A DNA stretch of 64,000 nucleotides from Dehalococcoidia bacterium (GTDB lineage: Bacteria > Chloroflexota > Dehalococcoidia > Bin125). A model generated the notes under the pieces. That model had not been told where the DNA came from, did no database searches, and saw nothing but the letters and a program-made list of their open reading frames with translations. A program made the translations under genes and the position numbers. Position 1 is the stretch's first letter. Every line of letters begins with the position of its first letter. The DNA lies in contig OY820591.1 in assembly GCA_963555985.3 (NCBI GenBank), positions 2,560,001 to 2,624,000 of the forward strand, in the 5' to 3' direction. Shown here piece by piece: positions 57,145 through 64,000 of the stretch.

Positions 57145-57272
57145 GTCGCTTGCTCCCATCGCTAGGTTTCGCAGATTGTAGTAGGACGCAACTGAACGTG
57201 CACGTCAAAATCGGTCCACCGCCGGAAGCCGCAGCGAACTGCGGGAAGACGAACGAAACGGATAGCGATCGC

Positions 57273-58517
57273 CTATCGCGCCCCGCGCAGACGCGGATCG
57301 AGCACGTCGCGGAGCGCGTCACCCAAGACATTGAACCCGAACACCAGCGAGGTCAGGGCGAGACCGGCAAAAAGCGACGTCCAGGGCGAATAGACGATGA
57401 ACTGCCGCCCATCGGCGATCATCTTGCCCCAGGAGACATCGAGCGTGCCCAGACCGAGGAAACTGAGCGCGGCTTCGGCGAGGATGAAGGCGCCGATGGT
57501 GATGGAGAAGATCACGATCAGCGGCGCGAAGAGGTTGGGCAGAATGTGCAGGCCCATGATCCGAACGGAGGAAGCGCCGATCGTGCGCGCCGCTTCGATG
57601 TAGGGCAGCTCGCGAATCTGGAGCACGCTGCCGCGCACGATCCGGTTCGTCGGCGCAATCGCAAGCACCGCCAGCGCGAGCGTGACCCAGAGCGCCGAGG
57701 GGTCGGTCAGCGAGGCGATCAGGAGCAGGAAGACGATCGGCGGATAGGACTGAATGGCGTCCATGATGCGGTTGACGGAGAGGTCGACCGTGCCGCCCAG
57801 CGAGCCGGCGACCAGGCCGATCACAGTACCGGCGCCGACGCCGATCAGCGTGGCGAAGAAACCAATGTAGAGCGATAGCCGCGCGCCCTCGAAGACGCGG
57901 GCGAAAAGATCATGACCGGCGCGGTCGGTGCCGAACCAGTGCGCGCCTGAGGGGTCCTGCAACGAGGCGGCGGTCAGCGGGTTGTCCGTACCTGTCGCAA
58001 GCAGTGCGTCAACATCGACTATCTTGCCGCCGTCGATTTCAATCTGTTCGGCGTCGACGAGCGTATCGAGCAGCGTGCCTTCCTCAACGTGTTCGAGGGC
58101 GTACGCGACCATTTCGGCGGCGACGCCCTGATCGGTAGCGGCGTCTCCGTAGATTGCCGGGTCGGAGACGATTGCGCGCAGTTCGGCGTCAGAGAGCTCC
58201 GCGTCGAGGCCGTCAAGGGCATTCGCGATCTTGTCGTCGGCGTAGGTGGCCGAGGCGACTTCAAAGACAGTGCGCGAGTCGTAGCGGCCAACGCCCAACC
58301 AGCCGCCGCCGTCGCCAACAGTACCGATAGCGATCACGCTCCAGAAGACGACGAGCAGGAGTCCGGCTGCGCCGAGCCGCTTGGTGCGCGTGAAATCGAC
58401 CAGCCAGCGCAGGGCGCGGCGCAGCCCGCCCGCGTCGTCTACACGCAGACCCTGAGAGACGGCGAATTCTTCGAGCGACTCGTCGATCGCTGTGCTGCCG
58501 GCAGGTGACTCGCTCAT
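57273..58517 (-). CDS. DppC/OppC-like ABC permease with extracytoplasmic insertion
   Basis: HWFGTDRAGHDLF, YIEAARTIGA, HILPN, GDALRDVLDPR. Confidence 0.93.
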   Translation of the reverse strand: MSESPAGSTAIDESLEEFAVSQGLRVDDAGGLRRALRWLVDFTRTKRLGAAGLLLVVFWSVIAIGTVGDGGGWLGVGRYDSRTVFEVASATYADDKIANALDGLDAELSDAELRAIVSDPAIYGDAATDQGVAAEMVAYALEHVEEGTLLDTLVDAEQIEIDGGKIVDVDALLATGTDNPLTAASLQDPSGAHWFGTDRAGHDLFARVFEGARLSLYIGFFATLIGVGAGTVIGLVAGSLGGTVDLSVNRIMDAIQSYPPIVFLLLIASLTDPSALWVTLALAVLAIAPTNRIVRGSVLQIRELPYIEAARTIGASSVRIMGLHILPNLFAPLIVIFSITIGAFILAEAALSFLGLGTLDVSWGKMIADGRQFIVYSPWTSLFAGLALTSLVFGFNVLGDALRDVLDPRLRGAR

Positions 58518-58544
58518 GTAGAGACCTCGTGCCTCGATGCCAGG

Positions 58545-60026
58545 CTAGGCGTAACGGATGCGCGGGTCGATCAGCGCGTAGCTGATGTCGACCAGGATGT
58601 TGATGACGATCACAAAGAGGGCGAGGAAAAAGACGATCGTGGCGATCACGGGCGTGTCGGCTTGGTAGATGCGCTGCAAGAGGGCGAGACCGACGCCGGG
58701 AATGTTGAACAACACCTCCAGAATGATGTTCCCGCCGACCAGCGCCGCCGCCTGGAGTCCGAACACGCTGAGCACGGGCACCATCGCATTGCGCAGCGCG
58801 TGGCGGCGGATCACGGAGCGCTCGCGCAGACCTTTCGACCAGGCTGTGCGGACGTAATCCTGACGCAAGACTTCAAGCAGCTCGGAGCGGGTGATGCGCA
58901 TCAACCCAGCTCCGGCGGCGATGCCGCCGGCGACGGCAGGGATGGTATAGAGCGCAAAGAACCCGGGTACCGAGGTGAAGATGCTGCGCGCCTCCTCTTC
59001 CGCGAGCGGAATCGACCAGAGACCGCCGTCGAAGAGCGAACCGGGCGAGACCACGAAGATCAACATCGTCGCGGTCCAGAAGGGCGGCGCGGCGAGCGCG
59101 AAGATCGCGAAGCCGCGCAGCAGGTAATCGGGCGCGCGGTCCTGCCGCATGGCGGAGTAGACGCCCACCGGGAGCGCGACGATCACGGCCACGATCAGGG
59201 CGTAGATGTTGAGATGGAGCGTACGCGGAAGCGTGCGCAGGAAGATGTCCATCGACGGTTCATTGGTCTGGAACGACGGCCGGAACTTGAGCCGGATCGT
59301 GTCCCAGATGAACTCGATGTACTGGATGCCGAGCGGCTTGTCGAGTCCCAGTCGGTGCTTCACCGAACTCTCGGTGATCTCGCGCGTAGGAGCGATGATC
59401 GTCGCACCGGGCAGCAGCGGTGTCTCGGCGGTCAGTGAACCGTCTTCGTTAGACGGTGTGCCGACGAGATTGACGTTCAGATAATCCTCAGCGGTGACAC
59501 GGTTGACCTTCGCAAGTTCATTAATGGTCGTGGACTCGCGCAGGGTCAGGATGCTGCCGCCGGGCGCGTAGGGTTCGCCAGCGAACGTGGGGAAGTCAAT
59601 CTGGGGGTTGCGCTCGATCAGCAACGCCACGCCCTGATCGGTCTCCTCAGGCAGCGCGAGCCGCTGCTGCTTGGAGATCACCGAGAGCAGTTGGCCGTCG
59701 ATGATGATGAGGTTGCTGCCGGGCCGCAGCTCGGAGTCGACGTCATAGCGCGGATTGAGTCCGAGGATGTGGTCGGCGCCGATCCCGTACTGGAGCGCGA
59801 GCGACTCGATCGTGTCTCCGGCCACGACGCGGTGGAGGGTGCGATCAGCCTCGATTTCGCCGACGATCTCGGCCGGCTGCGTGGTCGCGCCGGAAGCTTC
59901 GAGGTTGGAAAGTTTGATCGTGACGTAGTCGCCGGGCAGGAGGTTGACGCCCAAGAAGAGCAGGGAGATCACCAGCCAAAGGGTGGGGATCACGAGCAGA
60001 ATGCGGCGAATCAGGTACTTCTGCAT
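58545..60026 (-). CDS. DppB/OppB-like ABC permease with inserted LysM domain(s)
   Basis: YLIRRIL, LPGD, HRVVAGDTIESLALQYGI...NP..LRPGSNLII, DYVRTAWSKGL, DPRIRY. Confidence 0.93.
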   Translation of the reverse strand: MQKYLIRRILLVIPTLWLVISLLFLGVNLLPGDYVTIKLSNLEASGATTQPAEIVGEIEADRTLHRVVAGDTIESLALQYGIGADHILGLNPRYDVDSELRPGSNLIIIDGQLLSVISKQQRLALPEETDQGVALLIERNPQIDFPTFAGEPYAPGGSILTLRESTTINELAKVNRVTAEDYLNVNLVGTPSNEDGSLTAETPLLPGATIIAPTREITESSVKHRLGLDKPLGIQYIEFIWDTIRLKFRPSFQTNEPSMDIFLRTLPRTLHLNIYALIVAVIVALPVGVYSAMRQDRAPDYLLRGFAIFALAAPPFWTATMLIFVVSPGSLFDGGLWSIPLAEEEARSIFTSVPGFFALYTIPAVAGGIAAGAGLMRITRSELLEVLRQDYVRTAWSKGLRERSVIRRHALRNAMVPVLSVFGLQAAALVGGNIILEVLFNIPGVGLALLQRIYQADTPVIATIVFFLALFVIVINILVDISYALIDPRIRYA

Positions 60027-60065
60027 CTCGCGCTTCGGCCCCTCCTAAGGTGAGTCTTGCAACCC

Positions 60066-60207
60066 TGCTCTCCCCCGCGCTGCGGGGCGAGCGGTCGCGG
60101 AGCGACGGAGGGGGGTTGCCGCAATCAGGCTCGCAGACGCCTCAGCGGCCGCACCGGACCCCTCTCAGTCCCTTCGGGACAGCTCCCCCCGCAGTGCGGG
60201 GGGAGCG
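60066..60207. repeat. Convergent pair of family A REP-like palindromes
   Basis: CTCTCCCCCGCGCTGCGGGGCGAGCGGTCGCGGAGCGACGGAGGGGGG and GGACCCCTCTCAGTCCCTTCGGGACAGCTCCCCCCGCAGTGCGGGGGGAG. Confidence 0.8.
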
Positions 60208-60233
60208 CTTGATTTGTCGTCGGCGCGGCCTTC

Positions 60234-62282
60234 CTAGGCCTGGAACTGCGGATGGGTCGTGTCCATCCAGGTCTGGTCGTGGTTGTGCGAGTCGTGCGCG
60301 AACTGCCAGGTGTCCTCGTCGCGGTTGACGTACGGCCACCAGATCGTCGGCACCACGCCGTTCATCACGCCGAACCAACTGAAGATGCCGTCGAGACCAT
60401 GTTCGCTGTTGGGGTAGCCGCCGCCTTCGTCGACGCCGAGGCCGATCCGCTGCACTTCGCGAGCCATGTCGCGCCGCTGCTCGGTGTCGAGCGTAACCGT
60501 CATCTTGTCGATGATGTCCTCAACCGGCTGGTAGTTGTACTGCGTCACGTTGGAAGCGCCGCCACGCTTCAGCGCGAGCCCGAACTGCGCAGTCGGATCG
60601 AGGTCGGCGGGCGGGTTCGTCCAGGTCGGCGCGCGGCCGGGGAAGGTCTTGTTGTCGAACCGGTCCTGCATCACCGTGTACGGCTGGAGATCGAGCTCGA
60701 CGTTGAAGCCGACCGCCTCGCTGTACATGTTCCGAGTCGTCTCGGAGATGCCCGGGTAGGTCTGCTCCCAGATGTCCGGGATGTAGATCGTGACCGAGCG
60801 GCTGGTGTCGAAGCCGGACGCGGCGATCAGCTCGCGGCAGAGCTGGATATCTGCCTCGCGGTCGATCCGGTAGCCGGGGAAGGTCCGCAGTTCGTCCGCC
60901 GGGATCGTCCAGTAGGTGCTGAACCAGGGGCAGTAGTGGGTGCCGGACGGCTTCGCCGCGCCGAGGTACACGGCGTCGATCAGCAGGTCGCGGTCGACCG
61001 CGACGTGCATCGCATAGGCGAAGCGGCGGTCGAGGTACGGGTTGCCGAGCCCGTCGGAGCCTTCCCAGCCCGGCTCATAGGTGCCGGTCACGGTCACGAT
61101 CGTGTAGCCGAACGCGCCTTCCGCGACCGGATGGTCGGGGAAGTCGCCGGTCAGCTCCTCCACCTGCACCGATGAGAGCGGGAAGCCGCCGATGTCGATC
61201 TGCTGGCCGCGATAGGCGGCGTCCACCGCCGTCGGGTCGGTCAGGTTGACGAAGTCGATCGCGTCCGGATACGGCAACTGTTGGCCGTCCGCCCCGATTT
61301 TCCAGTAGTCCGGGTTGCGCTCGAGGTAGATCCCGATGTCCGGGTCGTAGCTGAGCGGGATGTAGGGGCCGGAACCGGACGAGAGCTCCACGTTCGCGGT
61401 CTCGTCGCGCCAGCGGTCGCCGAACTCCTGGATGCCCTCAGGCGAAGTGAACCACGAGAATGGGCGCAGAATGGTGCCGCCGAGGTAGGTGGCGTCCGCG
61501 CCGTCGGTGCGGGCGATGAAAGTCTGGTCGTCAGGGACTTCCTTCGTGGCCGTCTTGCGGAAAGCGTCCTGACCGCGGAAACGCGCGTCGGGGTTGCCTT
61601 CGTTGTCGAGCGCCGCGATCTGGCGGTCGAAGTTGATGTCGATGTCCTGCGCGGTGACAGCGCGGCCGCCCTCGGTCGGGTAGCGGTCCCACCAATGCGC
61701 GCCCTGGTCGATGCTGAAGATGTAGGTCTCTTCGTCGGGCAACTCCGGCAGCGAAGCGAGGTCCGACTCCATGATCCCCTTCTCTTTGTTCGCCCAGCGG
61801 ATGAGGTAGTTCATGTAGAACCCCATCCAGTAGACGGTGGGACCAAAGACGCCGCGGTGCGGGTCGAAGAAGTCGTGCGTGGCCGCGGGCGTCGAGAACT
61901 TCAGCGTGCCCCCGTAGGTGCGGGCCGCAACCATCTGCTGCTCTTGCGCCTGCTGCTGCGCCTGTTGTTGGGCGGCCTGTTGCTGCGTCTGCTCTTGCTG
62001 CTCAGCTTGGGCGGCCTGCTGTTCGGCCTGTTGCTGCGCCTGCTGTTGGGCGGCCTGTTGCTGAGCCTGCTCTTGCGCCTGCTGCTGCATCGCCTGTTGC
62101 TGGGCTTGCTGCTGAGCCTGCTGCTGCGCGACCGCGGCCGGCTGACTGTCGTCGTCATCGTCGCCGCAGCCGACCAGCGCCAGACCAGCCGCGCCCACGC
62201 CGGCGCGTCCCGACGCCCGCAAGAGCGCACGCCTGCTCACCCGCGATCGTCGCATGCGCTGCCAATAGTTTCGCTCGCTCAT
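60234..62282 (-). CDS. Family 5 ABC solute-binding Tat-lipoprotein 6
   Basis: GGAGG RBS, MSERNYW, SRRALL, LVGC, YGGTL, SGSGPY, RNPDYW. Confidence 0.9.
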   Translation of the reverse strand: MSERNYWQRMRRSRVSRRALLRASGRAGVGAAGLALVGCGDDDDDSQPAAVAQQQAQQQAQQQAMQQQAQEQAQQQAAQQQAQQQAEQQAAQAEQQEQTQQQAAQQQAQQQAQEQQMVAARTYGGTLKFSTPAATHDFFDPHRGVFGPTVYWMGFYMNYLIRWANKEKGIMESDLASLPELPDEETYIFSIDQGAHWWDRYPTEGGRAVTAQDIDINFDRQIAALDNEGNPDARFRGQDAFRKTATKEVPDDQTFIARTDGADATYLGGTILRPFSWFTSPEGIQEFGDRWRDETANVELSSGSGPYIPLSYDPDIGIYLERNPDYWKIGADGQQLPYPDAIDFVNLTDPTAVDAAYRGQQIDIGGFPLSSVQVEELTGDFPDHPVAEGAFGYTIVTVTGTYEPGWEGSDGLGNPYLDRRFAYAMHVAVDRDLLIDAVYLGAAKPSGTHYCPWFSTYWTIPADELRTFPGYRIDREADIQLCRELIAASGFDTSRSVTIYIPDIWEQTYPGISETTRNMYSEAVGFNVELDLQPYTVMQDRFDNKTFPGRAPTWTNPPADLDPTAQFGLALKRGGASNVTQYNYQPVEDIIDKMTVTLDTEQRRDMAREVQRIGLGVDEGGGYPNSEHGLDGIFSWFGVMNGVVPTIWWPYVNRDEDTWQFAHDSHNHDQTWMDTTHPQFQA

Positions 62283-62405
62283 GGGAACCTCCTGGTCACC
62301 GCTCATTCGCGCGGTGTGCAACCGCTAACGCTAATCGTCGCTGCGATTGTATGTCAAACTATTGTCGGAACGTTCGACTCCGCAGCCTCGCCGGAAAGCT
62401 CGCCC

Positions 62406-63242
62406 ATGCCTCAGCCGCCGCCCCTCGATCCGAACCAGCCGCCCGCCCAATACCTCGCCGAAATGCAGCGCCAGATCTACGAGGGCTGGGAGCGCGCCGC
62501 CGACTTCTTCGACCAACGCTGGGGCGACCAGGGCGACGAGTTCCACCACGACGTCTTCGCCCCCGCCGCCGAGCGAATGCTGGGCCTGGAGCAGGGCGCA
62601 TCGGTCGTCGAATTCGCCTGCGGGAACGGAGCCTTCGCCCGGCGGCTGGGCCGCGCCGGGATGCGAGTGCTGGCGACTGACCTCTCACCCAGCTTGATCG
62701 AACACGCCAAGCGGCGCACAGAGACGATCTCGGATCAGCGCGTGGATGCGCGTTATGAAGCGTTGGACGCGACCGACGAACGCGCCATCGTCTCATTGGA
62801 GGGGCAACCGTTCGACGCCGCCGTCTGCATCATGGGCGTGATGTCGATGCCCGCCCTGCGCCCAATGTTCGGCGGCGCAGCCCGCATCCTCAAACCGCGC
62901 GGCGCGTTCGTGATCGTCACCCTCCACCCCGCCTACGCCACCGCCGGAAACCGCTTCCTCCGCGCCGAAGAAGCGGGCAAAGCCCACGCCTTGGGCGTCG
63001 ACCGCTACCTCTCCCGCTTCGTCACCCACGGCGTCACCAACATCCAGCAAAAAGAGCGCCAGGTCTACTTCCACCGACCCTTGGGCGAACTCCTCAACGA
63101 CGCCTTCGCCGTCGGCCTCACCCTCGACGGCATTGAAGAACTAGCCGCCCCCGAGCAACCAATCGAAGAATCCCGCCTGATGTGGAACGTGCTCCCCGAA
63201 ATCCCAATGGCCATCGCCCTCCGCCTGCGCCGATCCGGCTAG
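62406..63242 (+). CDS. Class I SAM-dependent methyltransferase
   Basis: VVEFACGNG, ATDLS, FDAAVC, LKPRG, YFHRPL; ATG at 62406. Confidence 0.88.
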   Translation: MPQPPPLDPNQPPAQYLAEMQRQIYEGWERAADFFDQRWGDQGDEFHHDVFAPAAERMLGLEQGASVVEFACGNGAFARRLGRAGMRVLATDLSPSLIEHAKRRTETISDQRVDARYEALDATDERAIVSLEGQPFDAAVCIMGVMSMPALRPMFGGAARILKPRGAFVIVTLHPAYATAGNRFLRAEEAGKAHALGVDRYLSRFVTHGVTNIQQKERQVYFHRPLGELLNDAFAVGLTLDGIEELAAPEQPIEESRLMWNVLPEIPMAIALRLRRSG

Positions 63243-63299
63243 AGCCTATTCACACTTGCGATCGTCAAATCAGCCCGTCGTGCCATGCGCTCCGAATTC

Positions 63300-63395
63300 C
63301 GTCATTGCCGCGCTCGCCGCGGCAATCTCGATCTGTTGACCACGACGGTGCTGCTTACGGCGAGATACCCGCGGCAAGCGCGGGCATGACGGAGT
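63300..63395. repeat. Family B REP-like inverted pair
   Basis: GTCATTGCCGCGCTCGCCGCGGCAATCTCG ... CGAGATACCCGCGGCAAGCGCGGGCATGAC. Confidence 0.8.
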
Positions 63396-63452
63396 CGGAG
63401 CTGGGATGACGGAGTCAGACGGTGGTACGTGGATAGGCCTTAGGATGATCCA

Positions 63453-64000
63453 ATGACCTTCTCCTGGGAACTCTGGCGATTCACTCAGGGCGTGCGCTGG
63501 CGCATCGCCCTTGCCGTCTCAGTCGGACTCTGCGCCGTCGCCGCTGGTGTCGCCAGACTCGCCCTCCTCGGCTGGATCGGCGCGCGCATCTTCGAAGGCG
63601 ACAGCTTCAGCGACCTGATCCCACTGATCATCGCCACCGCCGCCTCAATCGCCGCCCGCTCAATTTTCCTCTATGCCAAGGAAGAAATCGCCAACGGCAC
63701 CGCCCTCCAAGTCCAGTTCTCCCTCCGCCAGCGACTCTTCGATCAGGTCGCCCGCCTCGGACCCTCACACTTCGACCGCCGGCGCACCGGAGACGTCACC
63801 GTCGGCGTGATCGAAGGCGTTGAACAACTCGAAACCTTCTTCGGTCAATACCTCCCCCAACTGATCGTCGCCGCGCTCGCCCCGATCGGCATCTTCATCT
63901 TCATGGGCTGGCTCGACCTCCCCGTCGCCGCGATCTACTTCGGCTTCGCCCTCGTCACCCTCGTGCTCCCCCAGTTCCTCAAGCGCCAGAACGCCGAAGC
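63453..64000 (+). CDS. ABC exporter membrane domain (CydD-like), truncated by the window end
   Basis: Translated by hand from ATG 63453: MTFSWELWRF...LRQRLFDQVARLGP...TGD...EGVEQLETFFGQYLPQL; open to the end of the window. Confidence 0.85.
   Translation, partial: MTFSWELWRFTQGVRWRIALAVSVGLCAVAAGVARLALLGWIGARIFEGDSFSDLIPLIIATAASIAARSIFLYAKEEIANGTALQVQFSLRQRLFDQVARLGPSHFDRRRTGDVTVGVIEGVEQLETFFGQYLPQLIVAALAPIGIFIFMGWLDLPVAAIYFGFALVTLVLPQFLKRQNAE

Noticed and set aside
1-64000. tRNA, rRNA, riboswitch, integrase or transposase
   Set aside because: None recognised by eye; a covariance-model scan (tRNAscan-SE/Rfam) would be needed to exclude small RNAs

Overview
GC-rich bacterial chromosome segment. 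The gene content is typical of Chloroflexota (Dehalococcoidia/SAR202-like), but this taxonomy is an inference: acyl-CoA dehydrogenases, an F420-type luciferase-like monooxygenase, Zn alcohol dehydrogenases, family VIII esterases, a fused family III CoA-transferase and Tat-lipoprotein solute-binding proteins. The left part (0.7-25 kb) is mostly catabolic and regulatory genes with tandem paralogues. The middle (25-35 kb) is a defence/accessory hotspot: a type IIG-like restriction-modification fusion gene with a compositionally foreign central block, a Panacea antitoxin with a membrane partner, repeated copies of the RM gene 3' tail each followed by a small coiled-coil membrane gene, a Fic protein and a NucS-like nuclease. 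The right part (40.5-62.3 kb) is an unusual peptide/nickel-type (family 5) ABC importer cluster with six paralogous Gln-rich Tat lipoproteins and three DppB/DppC permease pairs. The DppB subunits carry LysM-like domains in an extracytoplasmic loop, one pair has lost both ATPase-coupling motifs, and no importer ATPase lies in the cluster. Several non-coding patterns recur: two families of REP-like palindromes (one family inserted in frame inside two genes, both carrying a nested sub-module), helically phased 10-bp repeat arrays, and patchy strand-specific G depletion. No rRNA, tRNA, CRISPR array or transposase was recognised. All family assignments are by-eye motif recognition, not database results.
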